A stretch of DNA of 32,000 nt from Candidatus Kuenenia stuttgartensis (GCF_900232105.1 NZ_LT934425.1:3960001-3992000); one strand, 5' to 3'. Positions 19,280 to 28,931 are shown, counted from the first letter of the stretch. Notes: generated by a model not told the origin, from the sequence alone. Program-made: numbers and translations.

Positions 19280-21016
19280 TCAATTGTATACACTGAGTCC
19301 TTGAAGTTTCAGCCGATGTTTGTGGAAATCCATAATGCCTAACGCATTCATCAACAGAGATTCCTTGTCGGACATTTCTTCCAATTTGTAGGTAGCCTTA
19401 ACTCTCCCTCTGGCCTTTGTTTCTTCAAGCATAGCAGAAAGCCTTATATTATTAAGGGTGTCTAACAGGGTATCTAACGTTCCACTAAATTGTGCGTGCG
19501 CTTTTGCCTGATACCACACAATCGCCGCCATTAGGTATCCGAGGACGCAAATAAAAAAATGCACCCTGATTTTCTGATCCGTCCAGTGAAATTGCGGTTT
19601 TAAAGCAAGGTGATAGGGGTTCTTGAGATTTCTAAAGGCATGTTCAATTTTTGATTGCCCATAGTAGGCTTTTATAATGTCCGCGGTATCCCAATCGTGA
19701 TGGTCTGTCATAAGAATCCTGAACCCCAGTTCCCCTTCTATTTCTTCGAGCTTTTTCTGGTCGATTGAAAAATTCAATTGAAACTTGCCTTCAGATACCT
19801 CTTTTAACGACCAATCGATAACATCCTTCGCAAATTGACATTTCACTACACTTCTTATCGTATCCTCCAGACCCTCTTTGTCCCGCATCTTTCCCTTTGG
19901 ATTACACAGATGCTGCTGTAAGAGCTTTAACTGATGTTCTGCCTTTTCCAGAGACTGAGACATTCCCCTTAATTGCCCAACCTTTAATTTCTCGGAAATA
20001 AATACGACAACGGTTCTTTCCTGCCCCCAAATAACCCGTTTGTCATGGTACACCTGTATCTTACTGCCGTCAACGTCATATTCCCTGAAATTACACATGG
20101 CATCCCCTACCAACTGCTTGTGATGATACGGTGTAAGCGCTCCAACGTAATGCAATGCCAATCTCTCTACAATAGCCATATTGTCCATGGAATTGTTTCC
20201 ACGATCAAAAACAATAGTGTGCTTTTTGCTGTCGAAACCTAATCCGGTCATCCTGTCTTTTATCGTCTCAAGAACCGCGCTGAACACCTTTGCATCCGCC
20301 ATGTTCCCCTGATAGGTATGGTGAAACAACGGTATCATGTCGTTACGTGTAACGACCATCGCCAACCCGACCTGCCTGAGATCGTATCGCTTTTGTTTGT
20401 TTTTCCCCCGCCGGGCAATAGTGCATCGCAGATTAGTTGTGTCGATATACGTGAAAAAATTGGTTGTATCAAAAAACAGTGTGTCGCTTTGAAGGTTGTA
20501 TGTTTTAAATGTCTTTTCAATTAATTCGCGCTCGATTTCTGCAATGGATTCTTCAGGAAGTGCATCCATCAAATCCCAGAAATGCTGACTGTCTATTTTA
20601 CTCAAGCTGTGTCTGAGTAAGTATTCGGCAGTAGTCGTCTTTGCCCAATCCCACCATCCTCTTTTGCTGGTAGGCACACACACTCTCCCCACGGCACCCA
20701 ACAAGAGGGTACTTCCGGCGGTCAGATTATTTCGAACAGGTTTTTTAGCACAATACTGCCGTGGCGACTTTATATATTTATTAATCACGGAAGGGACGTC
20801 CAGGGCATTGGCCACACTTAGCAATGCGGCTACCGCGCCATGTGAATAAGATTTGAGCCGTAATTTTTCGGTAAGACCTTGCAGTTGTTTTAATAAATCG
20901 TCTGCCTTGCCAAGATAGGCCAGGACGATGGGCCTGGGCTTGCCGTTAACGCGCCGCGATTCGACAATATACCAATATTTATAACCTCTGGAGTTTTTAG
21001 ATTGAATGGTAGCCAT
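19280..21016 (-). CDS. IS1634-like (IS4-superfamily) transposase, apparently full length
   Basis: MATIQSKNSRGYKYWYIVESRRVNGKPRPIVLAYLGKADDLLK, DTLFFDTTNFFTYID, QVGLAMVVTRNDMIPLFHHTYQGNMADAKVF, TIVFDRGNNSMDN, AYYGQSKIEHAFRNLKNPYHLALKPQFHWTDQKIRVHFFICVLGYLM. Confidence 0.92.
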   Translation of the reverse strand: MATIQSKNSRGYKYWYIVESRRVNGKPRPIVLAYLGKADDLLKQLQGLTEKLRLKSYSHGAVAALLSVANALDVPSVINKYIKSPRQYCAKKPVRNNLTAGSTLLLGAVGRVCVPTSKRGWWDWAKTTTAEYLLRHSLSKIDSQHFWDLMDALPEESIAEIERELIEKTFKTYNLQSDTLFFDTTNFFTYIDTTNLRCTIARRGKNKQKRYDLRQVGLAMVVTRNDMIPLFHHTYQGNMADAKVFSAVLETIKDRMTGLGFDSKKHTIVFDRGNNSMDNMAIVERLALHYVGALTPYHHKQLVGDAMCNFREYDVDGSKIQVYHDKRVIWGQERTVVVFISEKLKVGQLRGMSQSLEKAEHQLKLLQQHLCNPKGKMRDKEGLEDTIRSVVKCQFAKDVIDWSLKEVSEGKFQLNFSIDQKKLEEIEGELGFRILMTDHHDWDTADIIKAYYGQSKIEHAFRNLKNPYHLALKPQFHWTDQKIRVHFFICVLGYLMAAIVWYQAKAHAQFSGTLDTLLDTLNNIRLSAMLEETKARGRVKATYKLEEMSDKESLLMNALGIMDFHKHRLKLQGLSVYN

Positions 21017-21119
21017 GGCTATTAGTTGTTAGTGTATACGTAATAGATTAATACTCCGTGTATAATAGTATATACAGGCATATAATGCAATATAAATATA
21101 GTATTATTCAGTGTATACA
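19285..21119 (-). mobile_element. IS1634-like insertion sequence with 12-bp inverted ends
   Basis: tgtatacactga at 19285-19296 is the exact reverse complement of tcagtgtataca at 21108-21119, bracketing the transposase gene. The transposase stop codon lies just outside the left inverted repeat. Confidence 0.75.
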
Positions 21120-21160
21120 TAATTTTTTAGACAAAAAAAGTCGCAACCCGATACAAATCA

Positions 21161-23344
21161 TTGGATTGCAACTTGATGTCTTTGTCTTACACCTTATTTC
21201 GTGATAAACTCACGCTAGAACATTATGAGCAGAAAAAACAGGCAGTTTTAGATTTGGCAGATATTTATTTGAAAGATCGGCCGGAGACTAAAGACGTTGG
21301 TTTCCATGCAATGAAAAAAAATTTAGAAGATAGCAAATATATTTTAGCCGTTGTTGGTGAAGTAAAGGCGGGCAAATCAACGTTTATAAATGCCTTACTG
21401 AAAGAAGAAGTGTTACCAAGCGGTGTCTTGCAAAATACAAAGGCAATTATTGAAATTGAAAAACCCAAAGAAGACGAAAACGGAAGAAAGTATATTAAGG
21501 TTGTCTGGGGTAATAAAGATAATGAAGGTAAAAACGTAGAAACTATTTTTGAATCGGAAAACAAAGAAGACCTTAATAATGAGCTTAAAAAGATCGCTGC
21601 TGTGGACACAAAATACAGGGATATACCGACTACTGTTATTGATGGCTATTTACTTAATGACATAGCAGAGATACCAATAGAAGCATTAGAAAGAGAAGGG
21701 GAATATTCCTCCTTAACAGGAAAGGAAAGCCTTATAAAAAGTTATATAGAAGAATACAAAGATAAGTCAAAAATACCTGTGGAAATCCATTTTGTATATC
21801 CATTGCAGTACTCTTTCAGCGATTTGGTAGTAGTAGATAGCCCTGGGGTAAATGCAAGAGGTGGAATACAAAGAAGAACCAGGGAATCCATTTATAGAGC
21901 GAATGCAATAATATTTGTCCGGTCGCTTGAAACACCGGCAGAACACACATCTTTTCGTGAATTTTACAGAGAAGTAATTCCTGACAGACCAAAGGAAACA
22001 CTGTTTCTGGTCTTTACTAAAGCACAAGATAAAGACGAGCTTGATTTAAAAAAAGATGAAATCAGAGAAGACATATCTGAAATATCTGAAGAAAAAATCA
22101 TTGGTGTTGATAGCCTATGCAGATTATTGCAATTTGAATTAGAAAAATATAAAACTCCAGACGAATTAATTGATACTTATAAAAAACAGAAGACTGAACT
22201 ATCTGAACAGTTAAATAAAGCCAGCAATGATACAAAAAAAGAATTAAGGGAAAAAATTGTTGTAATAAATAATAAATTGAAAATCCTTGAAAGTATTCCC
22301 TTTAAAGAAAACAAAAAACAATATTCAGATGAGTTAAAAAAGATGTCAAATTTTGACAAAATGGAGGAAATCATTGAAAAGTTTTCTACCCAAGCTCCAC
22401 TCCAACAATTACAAGAGATTTTAGAAAGTATTAAAGAAGGCTACAAATCTCAAAGTGAAATATTAAAAGAAAATATAAAACTTAAAGGAATGAAAATAGA
22501 AGAGCCTCAAAAATTGGAAATAAAAATCAAAGAGCTAATGGATGCCCTTAAAGAATACGAATATGATAAAGGGGAATTTGTACGAAAATTGGGATATAAA
22601 TACGGCGGAGAACAAGCCTTATATATGGATAACATCAAAAAAATTAAAGAATCTGTAGACAATATTTTATTACAGGATTCCGAGGATAAAATTTTCAAAG
22701 AGTGTGAAAATATAGAAAACATGATACGGACAGTGACAGATAAAGTGGTAGAAGAAATATCTGATGAAGTATTAAATTACTTCAATGAGAAAAAAGTCGA
22801 ATTTAAAGAGAAATATGATATTACCATTCCAACCGTTAATGTAAATACGTTAAAAACCGCTGCAATGGAAAGTTCTTACGATGAAAGAGATGATTATAAA
22901 GATGAGAAAAAGACACAGTTAGAAAGAAAATGGTATACTTTATGGGTTTATCGACACACAAGAGAATACTTTGAGAAAGTTAAAACTGGTACTATTAAGG
23001 TATTCAATAATGCAAAATATTTGGAAAAATTAAAAAAAGAATTAAAAGATGAAAATTGGAAACGAGTAGACAATTTACAAAAGGAGCATATTAAGCCTAT
23101 TGTCAATAAATATTGCGAATCAGTTATAAGAGAGACTGACAACCTTATTGAAGAAAGAAAAAAAAGCCTAAACGAACTATTAGAAGAAAGCAAAACGAAT
23201 GATCGACATATAAAAGATATTAAGAAATTAAAAAAAAAGTTAGAAGATATAGGAAGTGATAAAGAAGGTGAAGAAAAAGGGAAACTGAAAGAAGTAAAAA
23301 ATCAAATATCTATCATATCAGGGAAAGGAGAAACCTTAAAATGA
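21161..23344 (+). CDS. Dynamin-like GTPase (TTG start 21161, or ATG at 21176)
   Basis: G1 GEVKAGKSTFINALLKEEVLPSG, G3 VVVDSPGVNARGG, G4 LVFTKAQDKDE, followed by long coiled-coil/helical regions typical of bacterial dynamin-like proteins. Confidence 0.88.
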   Translation: MDCNLMSLSYTLFRDKLTLEHYEQKKQAVLDLADIYLKDRPETKDVGFHAMKKNLEDSKYILAVVGEVKAGKSTFINALLKEEVLPSGVLQNTKAIIEIEKPKEDENGRKYIKVVWGNKDNEGKNVETIFESENKEDLNNELKKIAAVDTKYRDIPTTVIDGYLLNDIAEIPIEALEREGEYSSLTGKESLIKSYIEEYKDKSKIPVEIHFVYPLQYSFSDLVVVDSPGVNARGGIQRRTRESIYRANAIIFVRSLETPAEHTSFREFYREVIPDRPKETLFLVFTKAQDKDELDLKKDEIREDISEISEEKIIGVDSLCRLLQFELEKYKTPDELIDTYKKQKTELSEQLNKASNDTKKELREKIVVINNKLKILESIPFKENKKQYSDELKKMSNFDKMEEIIEKFSTQAPLQQLQEILESIKEGYKSQSEILKENIKLKGMKIEEPQKLEIKIKELMDALKEYEYDKGEFVRKLGYKYGGEQALYMDNIKKIKESVDNILLQDSEDKIFKECENIENMIRTVTDKVVEEISDEVLNYFNEKKVEFKEKYDITIPTVNVNTLKTAAMESSYDERDDYKDEKKTQLERKWYTLWVYRHTREYFEKVKTGTIKVFNNAKYLEKLKKELKDENWKRVDNLQKEHIKPIVNKYCESVIRETDNLIEERKKSLNELLEESKTNDRHIKDIKKLKKKLEDIGSDKEGEEKGKLKEVKNQISIISGKGETLK

Positions 23345-23991
23345 TTTTAAAAACGGGGACTCAAAAAATTTATTCGGTAGTTGATAATGCCTTTACGGAA
23401 CTTCAAGCAGATATTAAAAGAAGGTACAATCTTAATGGCAATTACAGCATTGACGAGGTGAAAAATCAAATCGTTGATGGTTTGTCTGGTATGATTGCAT
23501 CAAGAACGAATGCACTTCTTGATACACTACGGAATTTACTCCTGGATGATGCCGCAACCTACCTTAAAAAAGCGCCTATAGACACAAGAAATAATTTTTA
23601 TAAAAAGGGTTTTAAAGAAATGATTGAGAGATCATTTCAATTCAAGTCAGATAATTTAATTTGTTCTCATGACCCAAGGGTTCTGGGCAGTTGTATTACC
23701 GGGGGTAGTACATTATTAGCGGGTGGTTTAATTGCATTCTTTATTTTTTCGGGTCTTTGGCCAAAGGTAATTGCAGGAATTGTTGCCCTCGCACTATCTG
23801 GCACAACAGCAGGTATTGCTTACAAAAGAATGCTGCCAAAGGCACGGGAACAATTTGAAAAAGACATTGAATCATTTCTCAGTGCAACGAAGAAACAGTT
23901 GATAGAAGAATTTGATCATTTAACAAACAAATTTTTTAGTGAATTCGAGATGTTTTGCAAAAACGAAGGTTTTGGGGGGATAGATCAATGA
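23341..23991 (+). CDS. Uncharacterised small membrane-associated protein in the dynamin/HerA operon
   Basis: ATGA overlap with the GTPase gene. Hydrophobic hairpin GGSTLLAGGLIAFFIFSGLWPKVIAGIVALALSGTTAGIAY flanked by helical, charged segments. Confidence 0.75.
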   Translation: MILKTGTQKIYSVVDNAFTELQADIKRRYNLNGNYSIDEVKNQIVDGLSGMIASRTNALLDTLRNLLLDDAATYLKKAPIDTRNNFYKKGFKEMIERSFQFKSDNLICSHDPRVLGSCITGGSTLLAGGLIAFFIFSGLWPKVIAGIVALALSGTTAGIAYKRMLPKAREQFEKDIESFLSATKKQLIEEFDHLTNKFFSEFEMFCKNEGFGGIDQ

Positions 23992-26900
23992 CGGAAGAAA
24001 CAATCGTAAAAAATAAAGAAACGGTTAAGGAAATTGAAAGTTTGTTTGAAAATATACTTCCTTGGTCACCACTATCGATTGATAGCACAATTAATAACAA
24101 ATTGGAAGAAACACCTTTTTTGGGCGGAATCTATTTCTTTCCAATCTATGAAATTACAATAGCAAACAATAGAGAAGACATACCGGAATTAATCAGGAAA
24201 CGATTTCTCAATATTCTGGCAGCATCCTACAAATCACAAAATAGCGTCATAACAGTGTTCAAGGGAGAAAAAGACAAATTACAGGTATATATTGGTTTCC
24301 AACTCAACACCCATAGTGGAATAAATACTACAAAACCAGAAGTTTTCCAAAGTATAGTAGAAGGCGTCATTCCAGGCTCAAAAACAAAGCTAGACCGAAC
24401 AATAAACCTTCCTGATATGATTTCGGATAAAAAATATGGCGGTATCATTTCTGGAATCCCTACCATAAAAATTGAGGATGAAAAGCAACATTTCAATATC
24501 TCCTCTGTAATTCGTAGTCTCTATGGCGAAGAATTTGTTCTGGCAATTATTTCAAAGCCTATTTTACCAGATGAATTATCCCAACAGTTTTTAAATGTAT
24601 TAAAGGCAAGAGATGTTTGCCACCAATTTGCTGTTCAAACGAAAGGTTCGGAAGGTGGAGGAAGTAGAGGCGAGCAAAAGTCTGAGACGATAACAGAAAG
24701 TAAAACACTTGCTGAAGGTTTAATTGCGAAGATTGTTGAGAGCGTAAAGGTTTTGCGCAACAAGGATAGTACACATAATGAAGAAGGTTTTTGGGCAGGT
24801 TTAATTTATAGTTATAGCAAACAAAAATCAGGATGCGAACAAACTGGAAAAAGTTTTGAAGAACACTGGGGACAAACGTTGAATAAAGAAATTCAAGATG
24901 GTATGGCAAAAGAGTTAGAACAAATATCAGATAATTACCTAAAAAGGCTAAAAAAAGGTATGAATGTAGGTTTCTGGGAAACGTCAATTACATTTGCTAC
25001 TGCAACTACAGAAGGGAGAGACAAGCTGGCAGGCAGCTTTTTGGGGGAATTGGGAAAACCAACAGATGAAAATTTCCCTGCACAATCTATCTTTGCCTCT
25101 ATTGACAAAAACAAGATTCTCTTAATACCAAAGGTTGACAATATCAGTCAGATATTCCCAAAAAGTTTGTGTTCCTATATTACAAGCGAAGAACTGGCAC
25201 AAATTGCTTCTCCGCCCATTGAATCACTGCCTGGCTATGAGATAAGAAGGATTCCAAATCTTAGCATGACAGATACACAACTAGATACTGCACAACAGCA
25301 TATTGAAATTGGCAAAATATGTGACTTTGGGAAACCAATACCTGCCTCATCATTTAATATCACACAGAAAGACTTTTCCAAACACATATTTATTTGTGGA
25401 TTAACTGGTAGTGGAAAATCAAACACGGCAAGGCAATTAATTAAAAATATTGACGTGCCCTTTTTACTTCTTGAATCCGCGAAAAGAGATTACCGACAAC
25501 TCCTAAGAAATAGAAAATTTAAAAATATCCTCAGAATATATACCATCGGAGATACGACAGTTTCTCCTATTCAATTTAATCCATTTTATATAATCCCTGG
25601 TGTCTCTCCAACTACCCATATTGACTACTTGAAAGCCATTTTTAATGCAAGCTTTTCAATGTATGGTCCTATGCCTCATATTGTAGAAAAATGTTTACAC
25701 ACTATTTATCAAAAGAAGGGATGGAATTTAACGAAAGGCACTCATCCCTTTCTATTTAAAGAAGGAGAGCCTTTAAGAAACAAAGAAAACGTTTCATTAT
25801 ATAAACATGATGAGGCAAAATTTTGTTTTCCCACGTTAAATGACCTGAAAGAAGAAGTTGAGCTTTATGTGAGCGAATCAAAGTACAGAGGGGAGTTGAA
25901 AGATAATATACAAGCTGCCATTATTACGCGATTGGAGAGCCTTTGTGTAGGCGCTAAGGGTGTCATGTTTAATACATTAATGCCTCCGAATATTCAAAAC
26001 CTGCTTGCGTACCCCGCAATTTTTGAGTTAGAACCATTGTCCGATGACGATGATAAGGCATTTTTAGTTGGGCTAATGCTGGTATTTATCACTGAATACA
26101 GACAATTAACAAATCCTGCCACAAGTCCAATTGTTAAAAAAAGAGGGCTGGAACATCTGTTGATTATAGAGGAGGCGCATAGATTATTAAAGAATGTAAA
26201 CACTGAACGCCAAATGGAAATGGTTGGCAACCCAAAAGGCAAAGCTGTTGAAACATTTTGCAATGTCATAGCGGAAATGCGCGCTCTGGGCCAGGGAGTT
26301 ATTGTTGTAGAACAAATACCTACAAAAATAGCGCCTGATGTTATAAAAAACACTAACACTAAAATAGTCCACCGGTTGGTTTCAAAAGACGATCAAACAT
26401 TACTGGCAGGTTCATTGAACCAATCGGATGAAGATGCACTTTATTTAGGTTCATTAAAGACAGGACATGCCTTATGTCACAAAGAAGGAATGGACAAACC
26501 CATTGAGGTAGAAATTAATTATTCAGATGATTCATGGCAAGTAAGTAATGAAAATGTGAAAAGTTTAGCACAGAATAAACAGTTATTACCGCAAGATATT
26601 TATCTGGAATTAAATGACTTTAAGTCTTGCGTTGGTAAGGCGGGTAAAGAAATTGTTTTTAAATTTTTAAATTCTCTTCTTACTTTAAACGATGATGAAT
26701 TTAATCATCTTCTTGCGAAAGTTCAAGGTGAATTAAAAAAGCTTTGTGTGGAGAACAACTATATCAACTATTTTGGTACAGATACAATACAACATTTTAT
26801 CGTCCATCAAATCACTGAAATATTTTCACGTGGAGTTTACTGTATTGGATGGAAGTTTCCAACGGGGCTGATAAGTATTGCAAAAGAATTAATTAAAGAG

Positions 26901-27131
26901 GAAAAACATGACTCGTTAGAAAGGCTAAAAGAGTTAATAGCCAATTATTGGAATGTAAAAAATACGAAAGAAGGTATTTGTGAAATTATTACAAAATTGG
27001 TACGCAAATATCATATTGACAAAAAACTAAATCATTTTGATAGTTTCGTCTTGGAGAGGATTATAAAAGACTATTTTCTTATAGTAGATAATTCAATATG
27101 TAATGCGATTCTATATCATGTAATGCAATAA
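23988..27131 (+). CDS. HerA/DUF87-type helicase/translocase ATPase (likely start ATG 23988; ORF open from 23955)
   Basis: Walker A IFICGLTGSGKSNTARQLIKNIDVPFLLLESAKRDYR, Walker B HLLIIEEAHRLL, GQGVIVVEQIPTKIAPDVIKNTNTKIVHRLVSKDDQTLLAGS. ATGA overlap with the preceding gene supports the 23988 start. Confidence 0.88.
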   Translation: MTEETIVKNKETVKEIESLFENILPWSPLSIDSTINNKLEETPFLGGIYFFPIYEITIANNREDIPELIRKRFLNILAASYKSQNSVITVFKGEKDKLQVYIGFQLNTHSGINTTKPEVFQSIVEGVIPGSKTKLDRTINLPDMISDKKYGGIISGIPTIKIEDEKQHFNISSVIRSLYGEEFVLAIISKPILPDELSQQFLNVLKARDVCHQFAVQTKGSEGGGSRGEQKSETITESKTLAEGLIAKIVESVKVLRNKDSTHNEEGFWAGLIYSYSKQKSGCEQTGKSFEEHWGQTLNKEIQDGMAKELEQISDNYLKRLKKGMNVGFWETSITFATATTEGRDKLAGSFLGELGKPTDENFPAQSIFASIDKNKILLIPKVDNISQIFPKSLCSYITSEELAQIASPPIESLPGYEIRRIPNLSMTDTQLDTAQQHIEIGKICDFGKPIPASSFNITQKDFSKHIFICGLTGSGKSNTARQLIKNIDVPFLLLESAKRDYRQLLRNRKFKNILRIYTIGDTTVSPIQFNPFYIIPGVSPTTHIDYLKAIFNASFSMYGPMPHIVEKCLHTIYQKKGWNLTKGTHPFLFKEGEPLRNKENVSLYKHDEAKFCFPTLNDLKEEVELYVSESKYRGELKDNIQAAIITRLESLCVGAKGVMFNTLMPPNIQNLLAYPAIFELEPLSDDDDKAFLVGLMLVFITEYRQLTNPATSPIVKKRGLEHLLIIEEAHRLLKNVNTERQMEMVGNPKGKAVETFCNVIAEMRALGQGVIVVEQIPTKIAPDVIKNTNTKIVHRLVSKDDQTLLAGSLNQSDEDALYLGSLKTGHALCHKEGMDKPIEVEINYSDDSWQVSNENVKSLAQNKQLLPQDIYLELNDFKSCVGKAGKEIVFKFLNSLLTLNDDEFNHLLAKVQGELKKLCVENNYINYFGTDTIQHFIVHQITEIFSRGVYCIGWKFPTGLISIAKELIKEEKHDSLERLKELIANYWNVKNTKEGICEIITKLVRKYHIDKKLNHFDSFVLERIIKDYFLIVDNSICNAILYHVMQ

Positions 27132-27151
27132 TAAAATCGGAGGACCAATTA

Positions 27152-27718
27152 ATGATGGAACCTATTTCAGCAAGTGCTATGGCACATGCTGCCAAAGAAA
27201 TGGCGGTTAGAGAAATTCCAAAGGAGGCTACAGAAACAGGTTTAAAAGAGTCTGTACTCAGCGAGCAATTGGATATTATTAAAAACAATTCTCTGGAGTC
27301 TTTAGAGGCACAAGATGAGGCATTTTCTCAAAGACTCAAAGAATACAAAACGCAAGTTGAGATTAATTACGAAATGGGAGATTTCAGAGAGAAAAATGTT
27401 TTTAGTGAATTAAAAGAAAATTATCCTGAAAAAGATGGTTACAAAATTTTCCCAGAACGCTATCTATGCGATAAAGAAGGTAAAATCGTCAGGGATACGG
27501 TTTCAAGAGAAGCAAGGAGAATTGATTTCTTGATAGGAACAGATAGAGAAATCATGAAGTCTATCGAAGTTACATCTGAAAAAGCTCCAAAGGAAATGCA
27601 ATTAGCAAAAGAAGAACGAATTCGTGAACAAGGAGGGAATTATATAAGATTGCCTGAAACAGGTGAACTAATAATATTTCCATCAAATATAAAAACCGAA
27701 ATTTGGCGGAGGGCTTAA
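27152..27718 (+). CDS. Putative restriction-endonuclease-fold (PD-(D/E)xK-like) toxin/nuclease
   Basis: EARRIDFLIGTDREIMKSIEVTSEKAPKEMQLAKEERIREQGGNYIRLPETGELIIFP has the D...ExT pattern and context of REase-fold domains in polymorphic toxins. RBS ggagg is 9 nt upstream. Confidence 0.6.
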   Translation: MMEPISASAMAHAAKEMAVREIPKEATETGLKESVLSEQLDIIKNNSLESLEAQDEAFSQRLKEYKTQVEINYEMGDFREKNVFSELKENYPEKDGYKIFPERYLCDKEGKIVRDTVSREARRIDFLIGTDREIMKSIEVTSEKAPKEMQLAKEERIREQGGNYIRLPETGELIIFPSNIKTEIWRRA

Positions 27719-27719
27719 A

Positions 27720-28295
27720 ATGAAAAAAATAAAAGTTTATGACAAAGTAAAATGGCATTATCCAGAGGGCAAAAATTGTACTGATCTGGACTCTGCAAAA
27801 ACTCATTTTAAAATCATTATGGAATGGTTAAACAAAAATAACCTTTTAACACCATACGGTAGAGAGATATATGAAATCGGAATAGATAGTGATTTTTCTT
27901 TGACGTCAGAAATGGTAAATGAACAAGGCAATTTGATTTTGCAAAAATGCTATAAGATCTGGCTCAAGATGATTGATTATAAGAAACGTCCTGATGTAGC
28001 AGTTTTTGAGGGATGCCTTAGAGATGTAATGGAAGATAAGAATATGGAGCTAGATATATTAATTCGAATAGTAATCAAAAAAAAAGAATTTGAAAAAAGA
28101 ATTGGCAAGAAACCTACAAGGTTGTATCTCACCTCAAGTGATGAACAGGACATAACAGCGTTGCCTGCAACAAAAATTGGAGAATTAGCCGGTTTTTTTG
28201 CTCAATATGGGGCAAAAGAAGCAATTAAGAGAACTGGAAATAAATTTAAAGAAATGGAAGTTATTTGGGATTCTCCGGAGTTTAAAGTTGAATAA
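27720..28295 (+). CDS. Conserved-hypothetical-like protein, possible immunity partner of the preceding gene
   Basis: Starts 1 nt after the 27152-27718 stop. MKKIKVYDKVKWHYPEGKNCTDLDSAKTHFKIIMEWLNKNNLLTPYGREIYEIGIDSDFSLTSEMVNEQG. No catalytic motif recognised. Confidence 0.6.
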   Translation: MKKIKVYDKVKWHYPEGKNCTDLDSAKTHFKIIMEWLNKNNLLTPYGREIYEIGIDSDFSLTSEMVNEQGNLILQKCYKIWLKMIDYKKRPDVAVFEGCLRDVMEDKNMELDILIRIVIKKKEFEKRIGKKPTRLYLTSSDEQDITALPATKIGELAGFFAQYGAKEAIKRTGNKFKEMEVIWDSPEFKVE

Positions 28296-28348
28296 TATAT
28301 CAATGACGTTATATAGCGCATATATTAATAAAATCAAAGGAGTCTAAA

Positions 28349-28858
28349 ATGACAAAATTTGAAGAACTGTGTAATTCATATCGCCTATCAAGAAAAAAAT
28401 ATTTCGATTATAAAAACGAGTGTGTTAATTTTGCTGAAAAATTAGTCAATGGGATGATTGATCATTTTGAATGTCCTAAAGAACAAATAAAGTACTTTTC
28501 TCCCAAAGACCAAGTTATACCTGATAATGATTCTTTTCAATCGCTAAGAGGTGTAATGACTTTAGAGGACGATACCTTCTGGCATTTTCGGATTGGGCTC
28601 ACCTTATATGAATCGCATGAGATAATAACACCACGCGAAATAGTAACAATTCACATCCTTCTTAAGAAAATTAATGAACGTTTTATTGTCAAAATTAATA
28701 CTTTTGAGGAAAAATTTGAGATTAATGGGAATAGTCCAGAGGATTTTGAAAAATTTTATGAATTTATATTCAACAAAATTAAAGAAGATTATGAAAAAGA
28801 CTTTGAAATTTTCTCTGAAGGAGAAAAAGATACTGTAAGAAAAATTGGTTTTAAATGA
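28349..28858 (+). CDS. Hypothetical protein
   Basis: 169-aa ORF on the operon strand with RBS-like aaggagtctaaa before the ATG. Low-GC coding-like composition. Confidence 0.55.
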   Translation: MTKFEELCNSYRLSRKKYFDYKNECVNFAEKLVNGMIDHFECPKEQIKYFSPKDQVIPDNDSFQSLRGVMTLEDDTFWHFRIGLTLYESHEIITPREIVTIHILLKKINERFIVKINTFEEKFEINGNSPEDFEKFYEFIFNKIKEDYEKDFEIFSEGEKDTVRKIGFK

Positions 28859-28887
28859 TAATATGAGGAAAGACTTAGGGGAGACTT

Positions 28888-28931
28888 GGGGTCGCATCTT
28901 AAATATTAAGCCAGGTTGGATTGAGGCACAA
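28888..28931 (+). repeat. Diverged dispersed repeat, copy 1
   Basis: ggggtcgcatcttaaatattaagccaggttggattgaggcacaa aligns by eye with 30902-30954: shared ggggtc..atct, ..ggttgg, ttgaggcacaa. Confidence 0.45.

Noticed and set aside
24559-26359. Minus-strand ORFs (142 and 121 aa) opposite the HerA-like gene
   Set aside because: Composition matches antisense of an AT-rich coding gene; HerA motifs on the plus strand are unambiguous.
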